The translations under genes and the position numbers were made by a program. Source: Bacillales bacterium UBA6356 (lineage in GTDB: Bacteria > Bacillota_I > Bacilli_A > RFN20 > CAG-826). Taken from it: a stretch of DNA of 63,878 nt. The first letter of the stretch is position 1. The number at the start of each line of letters is the position of its first letter. The DNA is taken from the NCBI GenBank assembly GCA_002440125.1, contig DJRQ01000038.1, positions 10,060-73,937 of the forward strand, in the 5' to 3' direction. The notes under the pieces are model-generated. The model saw nothing but the letters and a program-made list of their open reading frames with translations, was not told the origin of the DNA and did not search any database. Below are positions 38,487 through 48,533 of this stretch, in pieces.

Positions 38487-39373
38487 TAGTAGGTCCTCCC
38501 TTTGCGTTTCTTGTTCTTTTTCGCCTTTTGATTTTGAAGAAGCGTAAAACCGACAGCCAATAAAAGGACAAGCAAGAAAATAATCGTGCAAAGCGCCCTC
38601 AATTCCGCCGGAAGCGGATGTTTCTTGATAATGCCTTCCACATAAGTCGAAATCGTTTGGATGTCGCTATTGCCACTAAGAAGTCCAGGGCCGGTGGTAA
38701 AGGCCGTGACGATGAAGTCATCCAAAGACAAAGTGATGGCGATAAGGAAGCCACTTAATATCCCAGGGACGATCTCAGGGAAGACGGCTTTGCGAAGGGC
38801 TTGTCGAGGGGTGCAGCCTAAATCAAGCGCCGCTTCGTAAAGGGCGGGATCCATCTGGATGAGTTTCGGCTTCACACTCAAATAGACGAAAGGAATGGTA
38901 AGCACCAAGTGGCCAAGCAAAAGAGTCCAGAAGGAAAGGTGGATGCCAAGAGCCACGAAAACAACAATAAGCGACAAAGCGATGACGATTTCCGGATTCA
39001 CAACCGGAATTTGGGTGAGAAATTCCAAAGAGCGTTTCGGAAGCTTCTTGCATTCATAGACGCCAATGGCACCCATCGTGCCGATGATGGTCGATAAAGT
39101 CGCGGCCAGCAAGGCGATAATCACCGTATTGCCAATGGCTCTTTGAATCTGAGCGTCCTTGAAAAGGTTGATGTAGAGATCGAAGCTAAACTTCCCCCAT
39201 TCGCCAAGGTTCAAATCGCCGCCATTCTCCCCGACTGTGAAGCTATAGATCATAAGCACCAGCACGGGAAGATACATAAGAAGGAGCAAGATCCAGATAT
39301 AGGATTGCCCAACGCACTTAAAGATAAGGGTTTTCTTCTCTTTGCTCATAAGAGGCTTTCTTGTCTTTACCAT
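38486..39373 (-). CDS. potC: Spermidine/putrescine ABC transporter permease
   Basis: 295 aa, six TM helices; EAA-like loop YEAALDLGCTPRQALRKAVFPEIVPG; 7-nt overlap with potB. Confidence 0.9.
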   Translation of the reverse strand: MVKTRKPLMSKEKKTLIFKCVGQSYIWILLLLMYLPVLVLMIYSFTVGENGGDLNLGEWGKFSFDLYINLFKDAQIQRAIGNTVIIALLAATLSTIIGTMGAIGVYECKKLPKRSLEFLTQIPVVNPEIVIALSLIVVFVALGIHLSFWTLLLGHLVLTIPFVYLSVKPKLIQMDPALYEAALDLGCTPRQALRKAVFPEIVPGILSGFLIAITLSLDDFIVTAFTTGPGLLSGNSDIQTISTYVEGIIKKHPLPAELRALCTIIFLLVLLLAVGFTLLQNQKAKKNKKRKGRTY

Positions 39374-40227
39374 AAGGCACCTCCTCTATTGGACGCGGCA
39401 TCTTTATCGACGCCGCGCGTCAAGAACATCGAAATGCCGATGATGATTAGCATCACCAAAGCCATGAAGGAACCCTCGTTCCAAAGAGAGTTCGTGAAAT
39501 CAAGATAAATATAGTTCCCAAAGAGGGTGATTTTCCCTTCCGAAAGGGTATCGCTGATGACATAGCTCGACATGACTGGCATAAAAACCATCTCCGAGGC
39601 GCTCACAATGCCAGGAAGGCTTTGGGGAAGAATGTTCCGGAAGAAGGTTTGAAAGCGGTTCGCGCCAAGATCGTAAGAAGCCTCGATTTGGCTGCGGTCA
39701 AGCTTAAGCATCGTGGTATAGAGAGGGAGAATCGTGAATGGAATGTAGTTATAGACCATGCCGATTAGAGTCGCACCCCAAGGATGGGTCGATCCATCTA
39801 AGCCCATCCAACTAAGAAGATCACGCGTAGCGCCAGTGCGGATAACGAAGTTGATCCACATTGGCATGATGAAGAGAATCACAAGGACGCTATTCTTGGA
39901 GACGCGCTTATCGGCCAAGAAGAAAGCGGCCGGATAGCTAAGCAATATGCAAATGGCGGTTGTCTGTAAGCCCATGAAAAGGGAAACAAAGAGGACTTCC
40001 CATTTATAGCTTTTCGTGAAGAAATTTGCCGCCGCATCGAAAGAAAAGGAAACAACCTTGTTGTTATATTCGTCGTAGGTAGTCTTGGTGAAGGCGTAAA
40101 TCAAAATCGTAAGAAGAGGGATGACGACGAAAAGGACGAGGAAAAGCGCATAAGGAATGGCCAAGTGTTTCCGCTTCAACGCGAAAAAGCGCTTCATCTT
40201 GGCTAAAGCAACCCTATTCGACGACAT
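39367..40227 (-). CDS. potB: Spermidine/putrescine ABC transporter permease
   Basis: EAA loop IEASYDLGANRFQTFFRNILPQSLPG. The start is uncertain: TTG 40236 in the track, or ATG 40227 or 40197. Confidence 0.88.
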   Translation of the reverse strand: MSSNRVALAKMKRFFALKRKHLAIPYALFLVLFVVIPLLTILIYAFTKTTYDEYNNKVVSFSFDAAANFFTKSYKWEVLFVSLFMGLQTTAICILLSYPAAFFLADKRVSKNSVLVILFIMPMWINFVIRTGATRDLLSWMGLDGSTHPWGATLIGMVYNYIPFTILPLYTTMLKLDRSQIEASYDLGANRFQTFFRNILPQSLPGIVSASEMVFMPVMSSYVISDTLSEGKITLFGNYIYLDFTNSLWNEGSFMALVMLIIIGISMFLTRGVDKDAASNRGGALW

Positions 40228-41725
40228 AAGCCCCAATGTCCTTCTTCAAGCGGAGTTTGATCTTCTCTTTGGCAATATCGACGGAGACGATATCGCCAAC
40301 GTTCCATTGGTAAGGAGAATTGGCAAGGAAGTCTTCTTCCCCTTCGGTGCGGATGAGATATTGGTAATGGTCGCCGATCCAAACGGCGCTAATGATGGTG
40401 CCCTTGGCGAGGCCCTCTTCGAGGTTATCGCTGATAACAGGGTCTTCCAAAGAGCAAGAAGCGACGACTTTGGCATCGCTCAAATCGTATTCGCGGCCGT
40501 TTTTAGGATCGACCAAGAAGCCTTTTTCGTTTAAGGAGCTCCCCTTCAAGAGTTGGGTGATATCAGCGTGAAGAATGACATCCCCCGTCTCGATGTCGCC
40601 ATTCTTATCGATGATGGCGTCATCCCATTCGTTTCCAGTGACGTCTTTATGAACGATTTGGAGGTTCTCTTTATCGACATTGATGGAAACTTGATCCCCC
40701 ACTTGGTGTTTCTTCTTGTCACGGCAAAGGACCTCGCTTTTGCCGACAAGGATGACATAGCTATAGTCTTCGCCTTTAAAGACGCGGGAATCGATCGTTC
40801 CATTGACGATGCCTTTCCCCGGTTCGCCAAGTTCGACGTCCTCAGGACGGATAACGACATCGACTTTTTCGTTGATGGGGAATTCGTCTACCGCTTCCCA
40901 AACACCACCCAAGAAACGGACTTTGCTTTTGGAAGTCATCGTGCCGTTATAGATATTGGATTCGCCAATGAAGTCGGCGACATAAGCGCTTTTGGGTTCG
41001 TTATAGATTTCTTCTGGCGTTCCCACTTGCTCGATTTCGCCATCTTTCATGACGACGATCTTATCGGACATCGAAAGGGCCTCTTCTTGGTCGTGAGTAA
41101 CGTAAATAAAGGTGATGCCGAGTTTTCGATGCATCTCTTTAAGCTCTATTTGCATGTCTAGGCGCATTTTGTGATCAAGGGCGCTTAAAGGTTCATCTAG
41201 AAGGAGAACGCTTGGCTCATTGACGATAGCGCGAGCGATGGCGACGCGTTGTTGTTGGCCGCCAGAGAGATTGTTTATGTCACGATCCTCCATCTCTTCC
41301 ATATCGACGATAGCAAGGGCCTTGGCCACCTTTTCGTCGATCGTTTTGGAATCCAGATGCTTCATCTTGACATTCCCATTTTTGTCTTTGACCGGAACTT
41401 TCTTCAATTTCAAGCCAAAGGCGATGTTGTCGTAGACATCAAGATTGGGGAAAAGGGCATAATGTTGGAAAACGGTATTGACTGGCCTCTTATAAGGGGG
41501 CAAGTTCGTAATATCAAGCCCATCGAGAAGAATTTGCCCGCTCGTTGGGATATCGAATCCAGCGATCATGCGGAGGGTGGTCGTTTTGCCACATCCGCTC
41601 GGGCCAAGAAGCGTCACGAATTCGCCACGTTTGATGTCAAGATTGAAGTCGTTGACAGCCGTGAAGGTCTTGTCGAAAACCTTGGAAACGTGGACGAGAG
41701 AAATAATCGAATCCTTACCATCCAT
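40214..41725 (-). CDS. potA: Spermidine/putrescine ABC transporter ATP-binding protein with extended C-terminal domain
   Basis: Walker A GPSGCGKTT, signature LSGGQQQRVAIARAI, Walker B LLLDEPLSALD. Start moved to ATG 41725 (SD AGAGGAGA). About 503 aa, against roughly 370 typical. Confidence 0.9.
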   Translation of the reverse strand: MDGKDSIISLVHVSKVFDKTFTAVNDFNLDIKRGEFVTLLGPSGCGKTTTLRMIAGFDIPTSGQILLDGLDITNLPPYKRPVNTVFQHYALFPNLDVYDNIAFGLKLKKVPVKDKNGNVKMKHLDSKTIDEKVAKALAIVDMEEMEDRDINNLSGGQQQRVAIARAIVNEPSVLLLDEPLSALDHKMRLDMQIELKEMHRKLGITFIYVTHDQEEALSMSDKIVVMKDGEIEQVGTPEEIYNEPKSAYVADFIGESNIYNGTMTSKSKVRFLGGVWEAVDEFPINEKVDVVIRPEDVELGEPGKGIVNGTIDSRVFKGEDYSYVILVGKSEVLCRDKKKHQVGDQVSINVDKENLQIVHKDVTGNEWDDAIIDKNGDIETGDVILHADITQLLKGSSLNEKGFLVDPKNGREYDLSDAKVVASCSLEDPVISDNLEEGLAKGTIISAVWIGDHYQYLIRTEGEEDFLANSPYQWNVGDIVSVDIAKEKIKLRLKKDIGAYVVE

Positions 41726-42075
41726 TTTGGGGTCTCCTCTTTTATCCAAAATCTGTGCGAAACACGCCTTCGATAGGAGTGCGTTTTCTCACGGCGAAAA
41801 ATATGGGGCTTGGGGGGTCAAAAATCAACAACTTTTTTTCGATTTTTTTCCTTTCGTTTTCCTCTTCGTTTTCTAAAAAAACAAAAAGTGGCTTTCTATC
41901 GATATTTTCTAAAGATTATAAGATTTTTTGATCGTCGAGATTTTTACAAGTTTTAAGAGCGATTTCGCGCTTAAAATTTCGCTTTGTTTTCTTTCGATTT
42001 TCAAGAAAGTTTTCGCGGAGAGAGGCCCGCTCTTTTCCCTTGCTCTCTTTCGAGAAGGTTTTTAAAATAGGATTC

Positions 42076-43230
42076 ATGAAAAAAACACCTCTCTTTTACG
42101 CCCTTCTCTTACTTCCTTTTTTAGCGCCTTTGGCTTCTTGCAGCGCCAATAGCAATTCCACTCTTGCCCATTTGAATTTCGGAATGCTTTATGATGCGAC
42201 TCTAGACACCCAAAATAGCTCTCAATTCGCTGACCATTCCATCTCGCTTACCTATGGAGAGCTCGTCTCCAAAATAAACAACAAGGAAAGCTTCTTGCTT
42301 TTGGTTTACGACAAAGGGAATACTTGCACATGCTGGTATCGGTACGAGGCGACTTTGCTTCGTGCCATGAAAGCCAAGAATCTCCTCATTTATGGCATCG
42401 ACCCGCAAGAGTTCGAAGGTGGCAAAGAGACATATGGAATCAAGTATTCTTCAAGCGAAGAGAATCTCGTCGTCTTCCAAGAAGGGAGCGTCCTTGCTCA
42501 AAAAAGCACCAACGGAACCGACGACCCCTTTGTTGAATATGACAATTTCATCGCTTGGTTAGAGGGAAAAGCCAAAACCAGCGATATGCTTCGAATAAGC
42601 AAAAAACAACTGGACGATCTTTTCGAAGAGAGCGGCACTCCTTCTTTCTTGGTCTATTTTGGAAGAGAGAGTTGCGGCGATTGCTCCTATATCGATAAGA
42701 ACTTCCTCTATACCTATAATAAAGAGGAAAGAAATACCTCCTATTACCTCGATTGCGACGAAGTGGGCATTCGCTTCGAAAGCGAAGAAGCCAAAAAAGA
42801 AGGAAAAGTCGGCGCCATTTGGCAAACTTTCAAAGACGACTATGGTCTAAGCGAGAAATATAACGAAGAGCTTGGCTATGGGCAAGGCTATGTCCCTAGT
42901 TTCATCCTTTATAATAAGGGAAAGAAAGAAGATAGAAAGGCGAGCCTCATTCGGGATATGATCGTGACCTTTAACGACGAAGTGAAGGGAGAAAACGGCA
43001 AATACACGCTTAGCAATTCTTTTTATAGCGAGGAGCGGATTCAAAATAGCGAAGCTCTCTCTTCCCTAAAAGAAAAAGGGATGGACTTCGTTTTAAAGGG
43101 AATAGAAATCCCCGAAAGCGAGATCGAAACCTATCCTGGCGGTTATATCGCCTGGAAAAAAGAAGCGGCACTTCAAAAAGAGAAGCCACTTTTACAAGGT
43201 TTTTTGGATTTTTACTTGAAAAAAGAGTGA
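42076..43230 (+). CDS. Thioredoxin-fold lipoprotein (CxxC)
   Basis: MKKTPLFYALLLLPFLAPLASC-SAN lipobox. PSFLVYFGRESCGDCSYIDKNF is a Trx-like CGDC motif; the N-terminal half carries a degenerate NTCTCW. Confidence 0.65.
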   Translation: MKKTPLFYALLLLPFLAPLASCSANSNSTLAHLNFGMLYDATLDTQNSSQFADHSISLTYGELVSKINNKESFLLLVYDKGNTCTCWYRYEATLLRAMKAKNLLIYGIDPQEFEGGKETYGIKYSSSEENLVVFQEGSVLAQKSTNGTDDPFVEYDNFIAWLEGKAKTSDMLRISKKQLDDLFEESGTPSFLVYFGRESCGDCSYIDKNFLYTYNKEERNTSYYLDCDEVGIRFESEEAKKEGKVGAIWQTFKDDYGLSEKYNEELGYGQGYVPSFILYNKGKKEDRKASLIRDMIVTFNDEVKGENGKYTLSNSFYSEERIQNSEALSSLKEKGMDFVLKGIEIPESEIETYPGGYIAWKKEAALQKEKPLLQGFLDFYLKKE

Positions 43231-43693
43231 TAGTGCTCTCCCTTTGATGAAGGTAGTATTGTTCGTTTTTAGTTTCATTTGCGTATCAATGCGGCCTCTT
43301 CGGCCGCCATCGACGAAAAAAGTTGTATGATTGACATGTCGCATAGCTCCTTTCATTTTTGTGAGAACAAACAAATTATAAGGGCTATGCGGCTTTTTGC
43401 TTCCCCGGCCGGGGAAGCAAAGCTATTATCACTCAATTAGACGTACTTATTGTCACTTCCAATTACAAAGACTTATCGTCACTCCCAAAGCTAAGAGAGT
43501 CTTAATCTAAAAGAAGACGATCGGCAAGAGTTTGATGGCATATGGATACGGCTCAAATGGGCACTTTCTCAAACGAAAGCCCAAGGCGCCTTTTCAATAA
43601 TAAATAAAGAAGGACGAGACGAAGAACATTTACGGAAAGAGGGCTAAAAAGATTCCAAAAATTGGACGCATATATAAGAAAGTGAGAAGAAGG

Positions 43694-46252
43694 CTATTCC
43701 ACGCTTTTGAGGGACTCGACCATGGCGATCTTTTTCGACTTGAAGCCAAAGAAGAGATTGACGAAGAAAGCGACGACGAAAGTCAAAAGGAAGCTATAGA
43801 AGAAGGAAAGAGGAGAAACATAATAGAGGTAAGTCACAAGCTCCACTTTGTTAAGCGAAAGCACCGCGAGCATAAAAGGGTAGCCAAGGGCCAAACCGCA
43901 CAAAACGCCAAGCGATGTCAGAAACATCGTCTCTAATAAAAGGCTTAGAACGATCTCTCTTAAGCTAAAGCCCAAGACTTTCAAGGTCGCAATATCCCTA
44001 CTCCTTTCATTGAAGTTCAAAAGAGCAAGATTATAAAGAACAACAAGAGCCAACAATATGGCAAAGATCTTAACTGCTCCCGTCATGACGAGAACCCCTT
44101 GAAGGACGTTATTGATCTTCAAGCGCCAATCCGCTTTGCTTTGGGAAGTCAAAAGATATGGTAGCTTTTCTTTTAAAGCGCGCCGTACTTTTTCGATATC
44201 CGTTCCTTTCTCCAAATCAAGGTACACGCCATTATAACTAAGTTCTTCTCCTCTAAAGATGTCGTTACTTGAATACAAAGCGATGCCACTATAGAAGAAA
44301 GCCTCGTAAAAGAAAGCGATTTTGGACGTATGTTTGACGTTTCCGATGGAGAAGGTAATCCATTCCCCTTCTTGGAGCGACAAAGACTCTTGGATCTTTT
44401 TAGAGACTGCCACTTCATCGTTTTTTAGTCCTCGAGCGAAAGCGAAATGGGTGTTTTCTGCGCCCGTTAACACGTAGATCGTTGAATTCACGCTTAGAGA
44501 AGAAGGATTCTCTACCTTACTCACGTTGTTTTGATACATCTCGAAGCCAGAAATGCCTTCTATTTCCGAAATATCTTCGGCAAAATCCCCTTCTTTTTTC
44601 CCTTCGCTAAAGGTTAAAGTGAAATCGCAATCGCCCACTTTCGCTAAATCGTGATTAATGCCATAGTTAACAGTATCCTCAATGCCATAACCCGTCAAAA
44701 GAAGGGCAGTACAGCCCATCACTCCTACCACCACCATGATGGACTTCACGATATTCACGCGAATATTGCGAAAAGCCATCTTGGTCGAAAGGAACAAAGC
44801 ACTTTCCTTTTTTCTGGCCCCCTTTCTTTTGCCTTTCGCTTTAAAAGCGGGAAGAGAAGGTCGCATGCTTTCGGAAGGATTGAGAGAAGCTTCTTTATAG
44901 ACGACTAAAAGAGTCGTTAAAGCGCTCGCCAAAAGAAAAAGAACAGCCGATAGGATTCCTTGGAAGATGGGGAAAACATACCGAAGATCTGGAAGAGTGT
45001 AGATAAGGCCATATTTGTTCCCCATGATAAGAGGTATAAGAATCGGGCCGATGATTTCGCCTATAAGAATGCCAAGAAAGACCAAAGAACAAACAAGGCC
45101 TACATAAAAGAGAAGAATGCCGTTTTTAGAAACGCCGATGGCTTTCAAAGTACCTATCTGGGAACGTTCCTTCAGAATCATTTGACTAGTCGTTACCAGA
45201 ATCACTAAAACCGCTACAAAAAAGAAAACGAAGGGAAAGAGATAAGTGAACCCTTTGGCTTGATTCATCTCGCTCTCAATCGTCAAAAAGAAAGGCATAT
45301 TCTCTCTCGAATTGACAGAGACGAAAGAATAACGTCCCTCTCGAAGGCTTTCCTTGAGAGCGTTTTCCACATATTTCAAGCGGGTTTTGTCAGGAATTTT
45401 TAATAAATACTGGTTTGGAGCAACTCCATAAACGCCATCGCTTTCGCTAAAATAGCCTAGTTCTATGAAGACTTCCGCGATGGTTTTTAAGGCGTCGTCT
45501 TTTTCTTTTTCCGATAAGGAAGATAGCAAACGCGAAGAAAAATCTTCTTTCAAAGACTTCATAAACATCGAGGAACTCACCAGAAGAGTGCTCGTCCCAT
45601 AGCTCGCTTTGGTGATGTTTTCGGGATATTTCATAATCCCTGTCACCTCGAAATCCAAAGTCCACTTGTTTTCCAAAAAAGGGTTTTTCCCTTCTTCGAA
45701 ATAGGAATCCAATCCGAGGAGCTTCGATAAAGAAAGGAAGGTCTTATGGAAACTTGAAAGGTCATAGACGACGGACGCCTTTTCTCCAATGCCATAAAAG
45801 CCATAGACATCCATGGCTTCGCTCTTTTTGCTTATGGCCTCGTCGATGTAGCAAAAATAAGTGTCCGATTGTTTTTCTATAAATTCCGTATCGAATGGAC
45901 GGCTAATGGTCGGCAAAGCATCCGATATGGCAATTAGAACGCTATGGGAACCAAGGCTGGCGCTTAACTCAAAGCGTTTTTCGTAGCCCTCACCCGCTCC
46001 CAATAAGGAAGCAATCTTCTCTTCGTCTTTTTCGGTATAACGAGAGGAGGTCACCCAAAGGTCGGCCATATTCCCAGAAGCATATGTTTCCGACACACGG
46101 CTTTGGAGACTAACCACATTCGCTTCCAATCCGACAAAGAGAGTAACGGCAATTGCGCCAATGGCGATAATCGCCAAAAACTGCGTCAAATGATGGCGCA
46201 CTTCTCGCCATGCCAAACGCAAAAAGAGCAGGAAAGTCCTTCTTTTCTTCAC
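43694..46252 (-). CDS. ABC transporter permease with two FtsX-type domains (MacB/YbbP-like)
   Basis: 852 aa; two clusters of four TM helices separated by large extracytoplasmic domains; ATGA overlap with the upstream ATPase gene. Confidence 0.85.
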   Translation of the reverse strand: MKKRRTFLLFLRLAWREVRHHLTQFLAIIAIGAIAVTLFVGLEANVVSLQSRVSETYASGNMADLWVTSSRYTEKDEEKIASLLGAGEGYEKRFELSASLGSHSVLIAISDALPTISRPFDTEFIEKQSDTYFCYIDEAISKKSEAMDVYGFYGIGEKASVVYDLSSFHKTFLSLSKLLGLDSYFEEGKNPFLENKWTLDFEVTGIMKYPENITKASYGTSTLLVSSSMFMKSLKEDFSSRLLSSLSEKEKDDALKTIAEVFIELGYFSESDGVYGVAPNQYLLKIPDKTRLKYVENALKESLREGRYSFVSVNSRENMPFFLTIESEMNQAKGFTYLFPFVFFFVAVLVILVTTSQMILKERSQIGTLKAIGVSKNGILLFYVGLVCSLVFLGILIGEIIGPILIPLIMGNKYGLIYTLPDLRYVFPIFQGILSAVLFLLASALTTLLVVYKEASLNPSESMRPSLPAFKAKGKRKGARKKESALFLSTKMAFRNIRVNIVKSIMVVVGVMGCTALLLTGYGIEDTVNYGINHDLAKVGDCDFTLTFSEGKKEGDFAEDISEIEGISGFEMYQNNVSKVENPSSLSVNSTIYVLTGAENTHFAFARGLKNDEVAVSKKIQESLSLQEGEWITFSIGNVKHTSKIAFFYEAFFYSGIALYSSNDIFRGEELSYNGVYLDLEKGTDIEKVRRALKEKLPYLLTSQSKADWRLKINNVLQGVLVMTGAVKIFAILLALVVLYNLALLNFNERSRDIATLKVLGFSLREIVLSLLLETMFLTSLGVLCGLALGYPFMLAVLSLNKVELVTYLYYVSPLSFFYSFLLTFVVAFFVNLFFGFKSKKIAMVESLKSVE

Positions 46253-46953
46253 CAGGCAATATCCTCAGGATTCTTAGGGGAAGAACAAATTTCATTGTTG
46301 GCAATCGAACCATCGCGAATCGTGATGAGACGATCGCAAACTTGAGCGAGAGCGCTGTTATGAGTCACGACGATAACGGTTTTATGAAATTCCTTCGAAA
46401 CGCGTTTAAGCAAGGAAACAACGCTTCCCCCCGTTTTGCTATCCAAAGCCCCCGTTGGTTCATCGCAAAGCAAGAGAGTCGGGTTTTTAACGATGGCTCT
46501 GGCGATGGAAACGCGTTGTTGTTCGCCACCCGAGAGTTCGCTTGGGAAGTTATTCGCCCTTTTGGAAAGGCCAACCTCCGAAAGAATCTTTTCGCTTTCA
46601 AAGGGGCTTTTTGACAAGGATGCAGCCAATTCGACGTTCTCAAGCGCCGTTAAATTCGGAATGAGGTTATAGAATTGAAAAACGAAACCGATCTCATTTC
46701 TTCGAAAAAAAGAAAGCTCTTTCTCGGTGTATTCGGTAACATCTTCCCCATTGAGAAGATAGGTACCGCTCGTCGCTTTATCCATGCCGCCAAGAATATT
46801 CAAAAGAGTGCTTTTCCCAGCGCCGGAAGCGCCAAGGATAACGACGAATTCTCCGCTTTCGATTTCAAAGGAGGCGTCGTGGAGAGCTTTGACCTCATTC
46901 GACTGGCCGGAATGGTAGATTTTAGCGATATTTTGAAAGACGATTTGAGGCAT
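46249..46953 (-). CDS. ABC transporter ATP-binding protein (MacB/LolD type)
   Basis: 234 aa; Walker [10 protein letters not shown], signature [15 protein letters not shown], Walker [13 protein letters not shown]. Confidence 0.9.
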   Translation of the reverse strand: MPQIVFQNIAKIYHSGQSNEVKALHDASFEIESGEFVVILGASGAGKSTLLNILGGMDKATSGTYLLNGEDVTEYTEKELSFFRRNEIGFVFQFYNLIPNLTALENVELAASLSKSPFESEKILSEVGLSKRANNFPSELSGGEQQRVSIARAIVKNPTLLLCDEPTGALDSKTGGSVVSLLKRVSKEFHKTVIVVTHNSALAQVCDRLITIRDGSIANNEICSSPKNPEDIAW

Positions 46954-47003
46954 GGAAAAATCTTAATTTCGCCTACCGAAAAGGGCAAGAGGAAAGAGAA
47001 GGG

Positions 47004-47044
47004 AAACAAAAAGAGAGAAGCTCCTTTAAAAAGCAACTTCTCTC
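47004..47044 (-). terminator. Rho-independent terminator after pepC
   Basis: Minus strand: GAGAGAAG, 16-nt loop, CTCTTCTC-type perfect 8-bp stem (plus-strand arms at 47013-47020 and 47037-47044), followed by TTTTTGTTT. Confidence 0.6.
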
Positions 47045-47059
47045 GGTAGAAAGCACGAT

Positions 47060-48400
47060 TTAGTCGGCTAAGGTTCCCATTGGATCCCAAGGATGCAAAT
47101 GAGTCGGTTCAGCGTTAGCCGCTTCCTTTTCTTCCTCCGTTAGATATTTCTTGTTAATGACGGCTTGATAGACGAAGGTGTCGAACCAGCTTTGGCTCAT
47201 GACGTAATAGCCTTTAAGGCCATTGTCCGGTCCCCAACTATTCTCGATCTTCCAACGATTTGGAATGCCGTTTTCGAGATTGACGCCCACAATCACCATC
47301 GCGTGATTCATAGCGCTATTCCAGTAATCGAGCATAGTCGCCTTATCGAATTCGATCGAGAAGCCAAAAGCGCTCTTGTAATCGAAGGCGTGGTCATTCC
47401 AGCTAAAGCTATTGCGATCGCGATAGAAAGAGACATCGCTTCCAAACCAAACGGGTTCGTTATTCGAAAGTTGTTTGACGATAAGCTCTTTGATTCTTTC
47501 CATCGGAAGATTCAAATGGTTGATGGGCTTCCCCTCCACCACATTGCCAAGATAATCGATGGTGAAATTCTTAAGATAGGGCTTATCTTCCGTCGGGGAA
47601 TGGATGATGGATTGATATTCGTCGATCTTGCTACCAATATACTTTTCAAAGAAGGAAAGGGGGGTGAGTCCTTTTTCCACGTGATATCCTTTGTCGTTTT
47701 CGTATTCAAAGTCGAAGCTCTTAGGGGGAACGCCGAAGGAATTCAAGAAGAAGTGATAGATTTTTTCCATCGTCTCTTCCTTCAAAGCGCGTGCTTCATC
47801 CATTTTCCCTTCTTTAAGAAGAGGAGCCGCATCCGAAGCGAAATGGCGAATGACGCAATTCACGATTTGATCGCCTTCTCTCGTCCCTTCCGACTGATAG
47901 GTCTCAGGGAATTTGTCTTGAGGAACAAGACCGTACTTTTTCACGAGATTCACGAACATATCCCATTGGCCGCCATCGCTCACGGGATTGCTCAAAATGA
48001 AGTGCAGTTCACGATCATCGTGGTCACGATCCCCAAGCTTCAGGATCGTTTCGAGAGCGAAGTTGCTTTTTTCGATCTTGTCGTAAAGGGAAATATAGTT
48101 TTGGGAGAGTTCGAACTTATGGAGGCCACATTTCTTAGCCACGATTTCGCGGAGGACATTAAGGCCAGCGAAAATCCAACAACGACCGCTTTGCTTTTGA
48201 TTGGCGACCGGAAGCGTCTTCAAATCAATCGAGAAAGCGGGCGTTACCTCTTTTAGAGAAGCGCTTTCGAAAATAACATTCGAGATGGCGTGTCTGCTTA
48301 ATGCGTGGCGAACGACGCTGTTTTTGGGGTTTCTTTCGTAATCGGTGAGAATATCGGCGGTCTTTTTTTCGTTCAAGGCGCCTATGCAAGTTTGTTTCAT
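47060..48400 (-). CDS. pepC: Aminopeptidase C (C1-family bleomycin-hydrolase-like cysteine peptidase)
   Basis: Active-site QKQSGRCWIFAG; C-terminal NSWG...GYYVMS. Start moved to ATG 48400 (SD GGAG). Confidence 0.9.
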   Translation of the reverse strand: MKQTCIGALNEKKTADILTDYERNPKNSVVRHALSRHAISNVIFESASLKEVTPAFSIDLKTLPVANQKQSGRCWIFAGLNVLREIVAKKCGLHKFELSQNYISLYDKIEKSNFALETILKLGDRDHDDRELHFILSNPVSDGGQWDMFVNLVKKYGLVPQDKFPETYQSEGTREGDQIVNCVIRHFASDAAPLLKEGKMDEARALKEETMEKIYHFFLNSFGVPPKSFDFEYENDKGYHVEKGLTPLSFFEKYIGSKIDEYQSIIHSPTEDKPYLKNFTIDYLGNVVEGKPINHLNLPMERIKELIVKQLSNNEPVWFGSDVSFYRDRNSFSWNDHAFDYKSAFGFSIEFDKATMLDYWNSAMNHAMVIVGVNLENGIPNRWKIENSWGPDNGLKGYYVMSQSWFDTFVYQAVINKKYLTEEEKEAANAEPTHLHPWDPMGTLAD

Positions 48401-48533
48401 ATAACTCCTTTTTTCGTTTCGCAAAACAAATCTCGCTTATTTTAACGCTCAAAGAGGATATCGCAATAAAAAAGGCTTTACCCCTTTTTAGAGAAGGGGA
48501 TTACAATAATGAAGTTAGTGAGAGGTAACTACC

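Noticed and set aside
43192-43374. 60-aa minus-strand ORF. An internal ATG is preceded by AAAGGAG, giving MRHVNHTTFFVDGGRRGR...
   Set aside because: Its 3' part overlaps the end of the convergent lipoprotein gene, part of the sequence is the GC hairpin, and it has no recognisable features. It is kept only as part of the intergenic-structure finding.
47165-48256. 363-aa plus-strand ORF antisense to pepC. Similar long antisense ORFs occur at 10327-11016 (in feoB), 36798-37436 (in potD), 40553-41161 and 41249-41776 (in potA), 7196-7723 (in purA), 30040-30588 and 17935-18384.
   Set aside because: They lie fully inside strongly supported genes on the opposite strand. They have low-complexity or odd composition, no SD and no recognisable motifs. 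They are typical shadow ORFs.
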